Shown: one piece after another, positions 8,677 to 17,864 of the stretch
How positions within the stretch are numbered: the first letter of the stretch is position 1
Layout: the number at the start of each line of letters is the position of its first letter
Assembly: GCA_965197865.1 (NCBI GenBank)
Contig: CBDANZ010000005.1
Coordinates: 706,379 to 770,378 of the forward strand
DNA length: 64,000 nt
Source: Vicinamibacterales bacterium
GTDB taxonomy: Bacteria > Acidobacteriota > Vicinamibacteria > Vicinamibacterales > CAVVIG01
Reading direction: 5' to 3'
Translations under genes and position numbers: made by a program
Notes under the pieces: generated by a model
Told to the model about the DNA's origin: nothing
The model's database searches: none
Seen by the model: only the letters and a program-made list of their open reading frames with translations

Positions 8677-11210
8677 AGTTCGTGCTCGCCATGGCCGTCC
8701 GAGAGACGCGGTCGTCGTGGCGACGGCTGCTGTTCTTTTTCGTCTGCATCGCCATCGGCGTGGCGTCAATTGTGGCGCTGCGGTCCGTGATTCAGAGCGC
8801 TCGGGTAACGTTCAGGCTTGAGGCCCGGACCCTCATCGCGGCTGATGTCCTGATCTCGACGAGACGGGAGTGGACCCCACAGGCGCGCGAAGCGATCGAA
8901 CGGCAGCTGATCGCGGCGGGCGCGCTTGCCAAGACCGAGACAATCGAAACGCCCACGATGGTCCGGCCGGTTGACGGCAGCCGGCCCCTGGTTCGCATCG
9001 TGGAGTTGCGCGCGGTCGGCCCGGAGTTTCCACTCTACGGCGAAGTCGGCCTGGAGGGTGGTGGGGTGTATTCGCACCGACTCCTTCAGAACCGTGGTGT
9101 CTTGGTTCGCCCCGAGCTGCTCACGGCGCTCGACGTCGGAGTGGGCGACAGTGTGGTGATCGGGCAGACGAGGTTCACGATTCGCGGCGTCATCACGGAC
9201 GAGCCGGGCCGCCGCGTCGGCAATTTCAGCCTCGGGCCGCGCGTTTTGATTGACTACGCCGACCTGTCCTCGACCGGTCTTCTGAGCGTCGGCAGTCGCG
9301 TCCGGCGCGTGATCCTCGTGCGCATCCCAGAAGCGCGCATCGAGCCGCTGGTGGACGCGCTCCGCGCGGAATTCAGGGAAGAATTCGTCAGCGCTCGGTC
9401 GTACCGAGGGGAAGACGACGAGATCGGCCGTGATTTCGATCGAGCGGAGAACTATCTCAGCCTGGTCGGACTGGTGATCGTAATTCTCGGTGGCATTGCG
9501 GTGTCGAGCGTCACGCGCGTGTTCATCCTTCAGAAGATGCGGAGCATCGCAGTTCTCAAGTGCGTAGGCGCAAGAAGCGGCCAGATCATCGGCGTGTACC
9601 TACTGCAGGTGCTGGCGCTCGGACTCGCCGGTGGGCTACTTGGCGTGGTGCTGGCCCGCGCCGTAATTGCGGCGATTCCGCTCGTGATCGGCGAGTCGAC
9701 GCCGTTCGTTGCGGAGGTTGAGTTCGGCGTGACCTGGAGCGCGGCGATTCAGGGCCTGGGCGTCGGCGTGCTCGTGACGCTGCTGTTCTCGGTCGTTCCG
9801 CTACTGCAGGTCCGCCTGGTGAAACCGTCGCTGCTCCTGCGCGACGAGCCGGCGCACGGGCAGAGCCGCGACTGGGTGCGCTGGGGCGCGATCGCGGCAG
9901 TCACGGCGGCGCTGGTGGCGGTGACCGGTTGGCAGGCCGGGTCACCGCAGCTGGGCGCGATTGTCTCGGTCGGGTTCTGCGTCGTGGCGTTCGCGCTGCA
10001 GTTCACGGGCTGGCTGCTGGTGCGGGCGATCGCATCGCTGGCGTTGACGCCGTCGTTTCCACTCCGCCACGCGATCCTTCATCTTTCCCGTCCTGGCAAC
10101 CAGACGCGCGTGATCCTGCTGGCGGTCGGACTCGCGGCGTTCTTCGTTGTCGGCGTGCGATCGCTGCAGGCAAATCTGCTGGAGGAGTTCGCCGTCCGGG
10201 TTCGCGAAGACGCCCCCGACATGTTCCTGATCGATATCCAGCGCGATCAGGCCGACGGGATGCGCGCGTTCCTCGCCGATCCGTCTCGACTCGCGGGGCC
10301 GTTTCGCCTCATTCCGGTTGTCCACGCCCGCGTGACCGGCGTGTTCGGTCGCCAGACTAGGCTGGACGACCTGGAAGATGTTCGCGCGCACGGATCGCTG
10401 GCGCGCGAGTACACCACCACGTACCGCGATCACCTCGAGTCCAACGAAAAGGTCGTCGCCGGCCAGTTCTGGTCCGGCCCTTCGGCCGACGCGGAAGTCT
10501 CGGTGGAGCAGAGGCTGCGCGAGCGTTTTCAGATTGAAATCGGCGACTCGGTTCGATTCGACATCCTGGGCCGCATCGTCAACGCGCGCGTCACTAGTAT
10601 CCGTGAGGTGGATTGGCGCGACTCGAGGGCTGGCGGCTTCATGTTCGTCTTCCGTCCCGGCGTGCTCGACCAGGCACCGCAAAACTTCATCGCGCCGCTC
10701 AAGGGACCCGTGCGCGCGGACGCCCGTGCGCGTTTTCAGCACGATCTCGTCCAGCAGTTTCCAAATGTGTCGGTGATCGACTTCCAGGAGATTCTCCAGA
10801 CGGTTCGAGATATCATGTCCAAGGTGACGCTGGCTATCAGTGTCGTCGGCGGCCTGGTGCTCTTCAGCGGCGTGCTGATCTTGGTGGGCGCGGTCGCCAT
10901 GACCAAGTTCCAGCGCGTCTACGAAGCCGCAGTCTTCAAGACACTCGGCGCGAATACGAGAACGATCAGCAAGATGCTGCTGCTGGAGTACGGCGTGCTC
11001 GGGCTGCTGGCCGGTACCGTGGGTTCGCTCGGCGCCGTGGCGCTCACGTGGGGCGTCAGCCGCTACGCGCTGGACATTCCCTGGCGGGTGTTGGTCGGTG
11101 AACATCTGGCCGGCGTGGCCGTAACGGCCGTGCTCGTGGCTGCGATCGGCGTCCTTTCCAGCCTCGACGTCCTGAGGCACAAGCCGCTCGCCACCCTTCG
11201 CGCGGAGTAA
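8673..11210 (+). CDS. ybbP: FtsX-family ABC transporter permease, duplicated-domain type (YbbP-like)
   Basis: 845 aa with two FtsX-like 4-TM modules separated by large loops. Translationally coupled to the ATPase. Confidence 0.85.
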   Translation: MKFVLAMAVRETRSSWRRLLFFFVCIAIGVASIVALRSVIQSARVTFRLEARTLIAADVLISTRREWTPQAREAIERQLIAAGALAKTETIETPTMVRPVDGSRPLVRIVELRAVGPEFPLYGEVGLEGGGVYSHRLLQNRGVLVRPELLTALDVGVGDSVVIGQTRFTIRGVITDEPGRRVGNFSLGPRVLIDYADLSSTGLLSVGSRVRRVILVRIPEARIEPLVDALRAEFREEFVSARSYRGEDDEIGRDFDRAENYLSLVGLVIVILGGIAVSSVTRVFILQKMRSIAVLKCVGARSGQIIGVYLLQVLALGLAGGLLGVVLARAVIAAIPLVIGESTPFVAEVEFGVTWSAAIQGLGVGVLVTLLFSVVPLLQVRLVKPSLLLRDEPAHGQSRDWVRWGAIAAVTAALVAVTGWQAGSPQLGAIVSVGFCVVAFALQFTGWLLVRAIASLALTPSFPLRHAILHLSRPGNQTRVILLAVGLAAFFVVGVRSLQANLLEEFAVRVREDAPDMFLIDIQRDQADGMRAFLADPSRLAGPFRLIPVVHARVTGVFGRQTRLDDLEDVRAHGSLAREYTTTYRDHLESNEKVVAGQFWSGPSADAEVSVEQRLRERFQIEIGDSVRFDILGRIVNARVTSIREVDWRDSRAGGFMFVFRPGVLDQAPQNFIAPLKGPVRADARARFQHDLVQQFPNVSVIDFQEILQTVRDIMSKVTLAISVVGGLVLFSGVLILVGAVAMTKFQRVYEAAVFKTLGANTRTISKMLLLEYGVLGLLAGTVGSLGAVALTWGVSRYALDIPWRVLVGEHLAGVAVTAVLVAAIGVLSSLDVLRHKPLATLRAE

Positions 11211-11236
11211 GATCGCGCCGAACCCAACCGCGTCAC

Positions 11237-11516
11237 GTCGACTGGGCCGATGCGACCGAAGCCATTCCGGCCTTCCTGACGGTTATTCATGATGCCGTTC
11301 GCGGTCGGCATTACCGAAGGCGTGGCGTTCGGGTTGATTGCGCACGTCGTGCTCAACCTGGCGTCGGGTCGCGGCACAGCCGTGCACCCGCTGCTGTACG
11401 TGTTCGCCGCGCTTTTCGTGGCGCGCTATGCGCTGCTCCCGGAGGGGCAACGTCAGGGTCAGGGCCCGCGGCCTATCCCCGAGCGGCCCGAGCGATCGGA
11501 GAGTGTTCTGATGTAA
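11237..11516 (+). pseudogene. NCS2/AzgA-type purine permease, C-terminal relic with frameshift
   Basis: VDWADATEAIPAFLTVI, then (shifted +1 at about 11288) MMPFAVGITEGVAFGLIAHVVLNLASGRGTAVHPLLYVFAALF matches the last roughly 90 aa of adenine/guanine permeases. The first roughly 350 codons are missing and the relic abuts the ybbP stop. Confidence 0.55.
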
Positions 11517-11566
11517 TGTTGTACCAGTCCTCCTGGGGCTTGGAGAAGCGGGAGTCGAAGGTTTCG

Positions 11567-11902
11567 ATGGATGTGCCGACTTACAAGGACGCGCTTCTCA
11601 GAAAACGTGGCGAGATCCTGGAGACGGGAGGTATCAAGCCGCTCCAGGCATCGATGGAGAACAACACGCGCCAGGGCGACATGGCGGATCAGGCGACCGG
11701 CAACAACGAAGTCCACATTCGGCTCAAGCTGAAACAGACGGACGCGAAGATCCTGCAGGCGATCGAAGAGGCGCTCTGGCGAATCGAGAAAGGCACCTAC
11801 GGTGCCTGCCGCGACTGCGCCGAACCCATCGCCGAGGCCCGGCTGAACGCCATCCCGTGGACGCGCGTCTGCATCACGTGCAAGGAAAAGCAGAACGTGT
11901 AA
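11567..11902 (+). CDS. DksA/TraR-family C4 zinc-finger protein
   Basis: C-terminal CRDCAEPIAEARLNAIPWTRVCITC four-Cys finger preceded by a coiled-coil region. Start chosen at the ATG at 11567. Confidence 0.8.
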   Translation: MDVPTYKDALLRKRGEILETGGIKPLQASMENNTRQGDMADQATGNNEVHIRLKLKQTDAKILQAIEEALWRIEKGTYGACRDCAEPIAEARLNAIPWTRVCITCKEKQNV

Positions 11903-11910
11903 CCACCCGG

Positions 11911-12489
11911 ATGCCGGTGACAGCGGCTCTCGCGCTTGGATCGAACCTTGGCGACCGCCGGTCGCACCTTGACTTCGCGGTCATTCGTCTCCGGTCCTTC
12001 TTGTCTGACCTTCGCGTTTCCTCGTACCGTGAAACGGCGCCGGTGGGCGTCACCGGCCGGCAGCCGGATTTCCTCAACGCCGCAGCCATTGGAGGTTGTA
12101 CGCTGCCGGCCCGCGATCTTTTGGCGGCCCTCCTCGCAATCGAGCGCGAGCGGGGGCGCGAGCGGCCCGCTCTGGGTGCGCCGCGGACGCTCGATATCGA
12201 TCTCGTGCTGTTCGGAAGCGACGTGATGAACGACCCGTCCTTAGTTGTGCCGCATCCCCGCTTTCGGGGACGGCGGTTCGTTCTCGAGCCGCTTGCCGAG
12301 ATCGCACCGGACCTTGTCGATCCGGTCACGGGTCGGACAGTGGAGCAGTTGCTCAGAGTGATGGCCGAGACGGGAAACTGGTCGTGCACGACCCGGTTAC
12401 CCGGGTCTCCTACTCGAAGCGCAACGCGTCGATCGGGTCGAGACGGGCGGCCTTGCGCGCCGGGTAGAAGCCGAAAAAGATCCCGATGA
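11911..12489 (+). CDS. folK: 2-amino-4-hydroxy-6-hydroxymethyldihydropteridine diphosphokinase (HPPK)
   Basis: ALGSNLGDR, RTLDIDLVLFG, VVPHPRFRGRRFVLEPL. An unusual Arg/Ser-rich tail of about 45 aa overlaps the convergent permease gene by 80 nt. Confidence 0.85.
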   Translation: MPVTAALALGSNLGDRRSHLDFAVIRLRSFLSDLRVSSYRETAPVGVTGRQPDFLNAAAIGGCTLPARDLLAALLAIERERGRERPALGAPRTLDIDLVLFGSDVMNDPSLVVPHPRFRGRRFVLEPLAEIAPDLVDPVTGRTVEQLLRVMAETGNWSCTTRLPGSPTRSATRRSGRDGRPCAPGRSRKRSR

Positions 12490-13636
12490 TCCCGGCGAAG
12501 GCGACCGCACCGATGACCCAGTCGGTCGGGACCAAGGTTGGCCATTGCAGCATCTGGGTCAGGAGCTGCGCGGTTCCGAATCCCAGGCCGACGCCCAGTA
12601 ACCCGCCGAACATGCTGATCACGACCGCCTCAACCAGAAATTGGAACAGCACGTCGCGGCTTTTGGCCCCTACCGCCATCCGCAGACCGATCTCCCGCGT
12701 GCGCTCGGTCACCGACACGAGCATGATGTTCATGATGCCGATTCCGCCGACGATCAAGGAGACGAACGCGACGGCCGCCAACAACCCGGTCATGGTCTGT
12801 GTCGTTTGAGTTCGGATGGCAGCCAGGTCTTCCTGCGAGCGGATCATGAAGTCATCGTCATCGCCCGGGATCAGCTTGTGCTGTGCGCGCAGGACCTCGG
12901 CGATCTGTTCGGAGACCAGTCCTACCTCGTCGGCGGACGCCGCGGAGACCGTGATCCCCTGAATGTTCGTGCCGTCTCGTCCCCGCAGCTTCTTCTGTAC
13001 CGTCGTGTAGGGTACGAAGATGGTGTCGTCTTGGTCTTCGCCCATCGCTCCGGATCCCTTGGGCGCCATGACACCGATGACCTTGAACGACTGCTTCCGA
13101 ATCCGGAGGGTTTCGCCCACCGGGTCGACATTCGCGCCATACAGGTGCTCGCTCACGATCAAGCCGAGCACGGCGACCTTGGCTGCGCTCCTGACATGGG
13201 TCGCCGTGAAAAACGCACCGTATTTCGTGGGCCAGAAGCGGATCAGCGGGAGCTCGACGTCGCACCCTTCGATCCGCGCGGACCAGTTCTGGTTACCCGC
13301 AATGACCTGGTCTCGGGTGTTGACGCTGGCCGAGATGTATTGCACGCCCGGAACCTGCTTGCGGATCGCTTCCAGATCTTTCACCTTGAGCGTCGTGGCG
13401 GTTCCCATGCCACCGTGAACGCCACCCCGCCGGAAGTTTCCGGCGCGGATCATGATCAGATTGGTCCCAGCGGATCGGATCTGTTTCTCGATCGCAAACT
13501 GGGCGCCGCCGCCGAGCGCCACCATGGTGATGACCGCCGCCACACCGATGATCATGCCGAGCATGGTCAGCATCGTGCGCATCTTGTTCCGGTTCAGCGC
13601 TTTCACCGCCACGCGAAGAATCATGAAGAGGGACAT
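12410..13636 (-). CDS. macB: MacB-type ABC efflux permease (MacB periplasmic core + FtsX domain)
   Basis: N-terminal ALNRNKMRTMLTMLGMIIGVAAV, a large periplasmic domain, and a C-terminal FtsX 3-TM bundle. Ends with TAG. Confidence 0.85.
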   Translation of the reverse strand: MSLFMILRVAVKALNRNKMRTMLTMLGMIIGVAAVITMVALGGGAQFAIEKQIRSAGTNLIMIRAGNFRRGGVHGGMGTATTLKVKDLEAIRKQVPGVQYISASVNTRDQVIAGNQNWSARIEGCDVELPLIRFWPTKYGAFFTATHVRSAAKVAVLGLIVSEHLYGANVDPVGETLRIRKQSFKVIGVMAPKGSGAMGEDQDDTIFVPYTTVQKKLRGRDGTNIQGITVSAASADEVGLVSEQIAEVLRAQHKLIPGDDDDFMIRSQEDLAAIRTQTTQTMTGLLAAVAFVSLIVGGIGIMNIMLVSVTERTREIGLRMAVGAKSRDVLFQFLVEAVVISMFGGLLGVGLGFGTAQLLTQMLQWPTLVPTDWVIGAVAFAGIIGIFFGFYPARKAARLDPIDALRFE

Positions 13637-13672
13637 AGGAGACCCCGGCCTGATGTGATATACGTCCTGACC

Positions 13673-14476
13673 TTACGCGTGTTGACGAGTGCCTGCCGTC
13701 CGACGAACGTCGAGCTCAAGTTTCGCGTCCGGCGGCAAGCTCGCCAACTCGTCACGTGCAAAGCGCCGGGCGCCGGTTGGATGGTCCGTCAGAATCTTGC
13801 CGTCTCGGAAGCCGACGATCCGTGTACTATACTCGGCAATCTCCCGCTCGTGGGTGATGAGGAGCACCGTGATGCCCCGCTCCTCGTTCAGGCGCTGGAA
13901 GATGTCCATGATTTCTACGCTCGTCCGCGAGTCGAGGTTCCCGGTCGGCTCGTCGGCGAGCAGGATCGACGGGTCGGTGACGAGCGCGCGCGCGATGGCC
14001 ACGCGCTGCTGCTGTCCGCCCGAGAGCTGATTGGGATGGTGATGCATCCGGTCGGTTAGTCCGACGATGGCCAGGGCTTCCTGCACGCGCCGGCGTCGTG
14101 CGGAGCCCTTCATGCCGCTCCCGTTGTACAACAGGGGTAGCTCGACGTTCTCCAGTGCCGAGGTCCGGGTCAGCAAGTTGAATCCCTGAAACACGAAGCC
14201 GATCTTCTTGTTGCGCACCGCGGCCAGCTCGTTGCGCGCCAGCTTGGACACGTCGGCGCCGTCCAGGAAGTATTGGCCGCTGGTCGGGTGATCGAGGCAG
14301 CCGAGAATGTGCATGAAGGTCGACTTGCCGGAGCCCGATGGCCCGGTCACCGAGACAAAGTCACCGGCTTCGATCTCGATGGACACCCCACGCAGCGCAC
14401 GGACCTCCACTTCACCGAGCGCGTAGACTTTCGTCAGGTCACGTACTGAAATCACGGGCATGGATGACCCACTCAC
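13673..14476 (-). CDS. ABC transporter ATP-binding protein (MacB ATPase half, LolD-like)
   Basis: [35 protein letters not shown]. The start could also be the ATG at 14461. Confidence 0.9.
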   Translation of the reverse strand: MSGSSMPVISVRDLTKVYALGEVEVRALRGVSIEIEAGDFVSVTGPSGSGKSTFMHILGCLDHPTSGQYFLDGADVSKLARNELAAVRNKKIGFVFQGFNLLTRTSALENVELPLLYNGSGMKGSARRRRVQEALAIVGLTDRMHHHPNQLSGGQQQRVAIARALVTDPSILLADEPTGNLDSRTSVEIMDIFQRLNEERGITVLLITHEREIAEYSTRIVGFRDGKILTDHPTGARRFARDELASLPPDAKLELDVRRTAGTRQHA

Positions 14477-14482
14477 ACCGGG

Positions 14483-16087
14483 TTATCGCCGCCGCCCGAA
14501 CGGCCTCTGAGGGATTAACGGCGAGCGGGCTGCGCCGCCGCCGGCCGGCCGACCCGGCCCTTCGTCTCCGATCGTCACACCTGTGACGAGCTCGGCACCG
14601 GATGCGATGCCTCCATGGAGGAGCTCGGAGAACAAGCCGTCCGTAATCCCCAACGTGACCTGTACGAGCTGGAGTGCCACCCCGTCAAAGAGCCAGACGC
14701 GACCGGGCGAGACGGTCGACGGGAGCGGTGCAAAGAGTGCGTCAATCGTCCGTGCTCCTCGTTCCACGGCAGGAATCGCCGGCTCCTGGTTCGCCGCGGC
14801 CAGCCGGCGCTGCTCACCACCCGGTCCACCCTGACCGCCCCCGGGTCCGCCGCCACCACCGAACTGCTGTCGCATCCGCTCGCGCTCCTCAGGCGACAGG
14901 TTCTGCATCCGTTCCATCATCTGGAGGCGCTCTTCGGGATCCATCTGTCCGCCTCCGAAGCTACCACCTGCCGGACCTTGCGCCGACCCTGGCGCGCCGC
15001 TCCCGGTAAACCCGCCTGGCGCCGGCTGAGCTCTCACCCCCGCCGCCGCATCCGCTGCTGCCGCGCTACCTCTTCTGCCTCCTCGGCCGCCTTGCAGCTC
15101 TTCCGGAACCGGCTGGTTCAACGCGGCAAATATCTGAGGCGTTGGCCGGAAACGCAGCGCCACATTCGGGATGCGAACCACGTCGTCGCGCCGCGCGATC
15201 TCGAGCGTTACGGTGGCCGTCATGCCTGGTTTGAGCTTGAGGGCGGGGTTGGGCACATCGATGACCGTCGCGTACGTGACGACGTTCTGCAGGACGACCG
15301 GCTCCAAGCGGATCTGCGAAACCGTGCCGTCGAACTCCTCGGCCGCGTAGGCATCCACCGTAAAGGTCGCCGCTTGACCCGGTCGGATACGTCCGACGTC
15401 GGCTTCGTCGATGTTGGCGATGACCCTCATCTTGGTCAGGTCGGCGGCCAGCACGAACAGCTCTGGCGCCGACATGCTCGCCGCCACGGTCTGTCCGACG
15501 TTGACGGCCCGTGAAATGACGATGCCATCGATCGGAGCCCTAATGATGGTGTGCTGGAGATTGACCTCGTTTTGGTTGAGGGACGCCTCAGCCTGTGTCA
15601 CTTGCGCTTCCGACGACTTGATCTGGGCTTCGGCCGAGCGGACCACCACTTGCGCCGCTTCGAGCTCGGTCTGGGGAATCAGGTTCCTTGCGGCCAGTCC
15701 CTCCGCCCGAGCGAGATTGGTCTTCGCATTTTCGGCGGACACGCGTTGGCGCTCGACATCGGCCTGTGCGCGCACCAGGTTGGCCCGAGCCTGCTCGATC
15801 TGGGTCTGGAACAGAGACGGGTCGAGCCGGGCGATGACCTCTCCCTTACGGACGATCGAATTGAAGTCGGCGGAGAGATTCTGAATGATCCCCGACACCT
15901 GGCTGCCAACCTGGACGGTCGTCACGGCCTCCAGCGTGCCGGTCGCGCCGACGGTGTCGGCGATCACGCCACGGGAGGCCGTGATGGTCGTGACCGCCGG
16001 GATAAACTCAACCGTACGCATGCTGTAGTACGCGTACGCGCTAAAACCCAGGCCGACGAGGACAAGCGTGATGAGGGCCTTCTTCAT
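14483..16087 (-). CDS. macA: efflux periplasmic adaptor (MacA/HlyD family) with a Gly/Pro-rich insertion
   Basis: Lipoyl/hairpin/beta-barrel pattern (GSQVSGII, long coiled coil, IRAPIDGIV, GMTATV). A low-complexity insert of about 105 aa lies at residues 331-436. Confidence 0.85.
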   Translation of the reverse strand: MKKALITLVLVGLGFSAYAYYSMRTVEFIPAVTTITASRGVIADTVGATGTLEAVTTVQVGSQVSGIIQNLSADFNSIVRKGEVIARLDPSLFQTQIEQARANLVRAQADVERQRVSAENAKTNLARAEGLAARNLIPQTELEAAQVVVRSAEAQIKSSEAQVTQAEASLNQNEVNLQHTIIRAPIDGIVISRAVNVGQTVAASMSAPELFVLAADLTKMRVIANIDEADVGRIRPGQAATFTVDAYAAEEFDGTVSQIRLEPVVLQNVVTYATVIDVPNPALKLKPGMTATVTLEIARRDDVVRIPNVALRFRPTPQIFAALNQPVPEELQGGRGGRRGSAAAADAAAGVRAQPAPGGFTGSGAPGSAQGPAGGSFGGGQMDPEERLQMMERMQNLSPEERERMRQQFGGGGGPGGGQGGPGGEQRRLAAANQEPAIPAVERGARTIDALFAPLPSTVSPGRVWLFDGVALQLVQVTLGITDGLFSELLHGGIASGAELVTGVTIGDEGPGRPAGGGAARSPLIPQRPFGRRR

Positions 16088-16173
16088 GGTGTCTGCTCTA
16101 CTTCGGTCGCAGACAGCCTCGCGCGGCTGTCGGATTCGACCTAATCAGTCGGAAACGTCGCCGTAAACCCTCT

Positions 16174-17814
16174 CTAACCGCCGCCACCACCACCGGAGAC
16201 AATTATAATCCGCGCCCCGGACAGCGACGTCTGTTGGGCGCGCTCGAAGTCGACGAGCGCTTTCTGATAATCGAGCAGCGCCCGCAGCTCGGTGTCTTGA
16301 GCAGTGGCCACGTCCCGCTGGGCTTGCACGACGAAGAAGTTGGTCGACGTGCCGACCTCGAACTTGCTCTGCTCCGCGTCGAGCTGCTGCTCGGCCAGCT
16401 CGCGCGCAGATCGGGAGGCTTCGATCCGCTCGAGGATGCTCTCGAGTTGGACTGCGGCGTTGGTCACCTCCGTGGCGACCTGCAGCTCGAGCTGCCGGAT
16501 CTGGACCTGGGTCTGCTGAGTCTGCACCCGGGCCCGCGCATACGCGGCGTCGGCCGCGCTCTGGCCGAGCGGGTAGCTCACCTGGACCTGAACGTTCCAC
16601 ATGGGGAACTGGGTGTCGACGAGTTGGTCGATCGCATTGCCGAATCCTCCCGGGATGATGGCGGAGACGTTGCCACCCAGGCCCGTTCGGAGGGTCTGCG
16701 TTCCGCCTTGACCCTGGAGCTGGTAGGTGCCGATGAGATCGACCGACGGGAGGGTGTCATTGCGCAGCGCGCGCAGATTGATGTCGTTGATGTCGAGTTG
16801 CCGTCGCGATCGGGTCAGGTCAGTCCGCTGATCCAATGCAGTTCGGATGGCCGCGTCCAGGTCGATCGGTTCGGGACTGAATGTCGGTAGGTCGGTCGAT
16901 CGGACCTGCGCCAGCCATAATTCGTCGGTGGTGCCGTCGACGATGAGCCGCTTCAGCGCCAGTTCCGCAGTACGCAGGTTCTGTTCCGCCTGGGCAAGCG
17001 ATTGTCGCCGTGCGGCGGCCTCCGACTGGGACTGGACGATGTCGATCGGCGCCATTGTGCCGATCTCGACGCGGGCGCGATTGTCCTGAATGAGCTGTTC
17101 CGCCAGCTCGAGCGCCTGCCGCTGAACCTCGACGGCCTGAACGGCATAGGCTAGGTCCCAGTACGCGTTGCGGACGTTGGCGACCGTGCTGGTCACGGTC
17201 TGCCGAAGGTCGACGTCGGAGATCTCCCGATTGAGCCGGGTGACCTGCAACTGCTGGCGTGTGGAGTCGATCGCGAAGCCACGCAGCAGCGGCTGCGTGT
17301 AGGACGCCTGGAAATTCGAGCGGAAGCTCGGGTTGAACGTTAAAAACGCGTTGCTCGACTCGGTTCGCGTATTGTTCCAGCTGACCTGAAAGCTCCCGCC
17401 ACCCCAGGGCACGGCTTGGTTCAACGAGCTGTTGACCGTGGCGGTATCGCTCACGACTCTCTGGCCGCCGTCGAGCTGCGTCTGGGACGGGTTCGTTCGT
17501 GAGGTGTTGCTGAACGACGTGGTGAACGTCGGGCGATAAAACCCGTACACCTGCGCCAGCGACAGGTCGAGCACTTGAGGGTTCAAGCGCTCGACGGCGA
17601 TGTCAAGATTTCGCTCGAGCGCGCGTGCGATCGCCTCGTCGAGGGATAACTCGACTTGGTTGCTGGCCTGCGCGGGGGGTCGCTGGACCTGCGCTGTGGC
17701 CGGCTTGAGGATCTCCACGATTCCCTGGTCGCCCCCCCCCTGGGCGCCGACGGAAGGTGCGGCGAGGAACACGGCCATCAGGCCAGCGAAGAAGGGAAGT
17801 CTAACCAGCGACAT
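16174..17814 (-). CDS. tolC: TolC-family outer-membrane efflux protein
   Basis: Signal peptide MSLVRLPFFAGLMAVFLAAPSVGAQ with GGAG Shine-Dalgarno, and two OEP repeats (LSLDEAIARALERNLD...). The longest ORF extends to 17859. Ends with TAG. Confidence 0.85.
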   Translation of the reverse strand: MSLVRLPFFAGLMAVFLAAPSVGAQGGGDQGIVEILKPATAQVQRPPAQASNQVELSLDEAIARALERNLDIAVERLNPQVLDLSLAQVYGFYRPTFTTSFSNTSRTNPSQTQLDGGQRVVSDTATVNSSLNQAVPWGGGSFQVSWNNTRTESSNAFLTFNPSFRSNFQASYTQPLLRGFAIDSTRQQLQVTRLNREISDVDLRQTVTSTVANVRNAYWDLAYAVQAVEVQRQALELAEQLIQDNRARVEIGTMAPIDIVQSQSEAAARRQSLAQAEQNLRTAELALKRLIVDGTTDELWLAQVRSTDLPTFSPEPIDLDAAIRTALDQRTDLTRSRRQLDINDINLRALRNDTLPSVDLIGTYQLQGQGGTQTLRTGLGGNVSAIIPGGFGNAIDQLVDTQFPMWNVQVQVSYPLGQSAADAAYARARVQTQQTQVQIRQLELQVATEVTNAAVQLESILERIEASRSARELAEQQLDAEQSKFEVGTSTNFFVVQAQRDVATAQDTELRALLDYQKALVDFERAQQTSLSGARIIIVSGGGGGG

Positions 17815-17864
17815 AATTTCAACTCCTGATTCGGGCGTTGGTGCATGAATAGGAAACATCCCGC

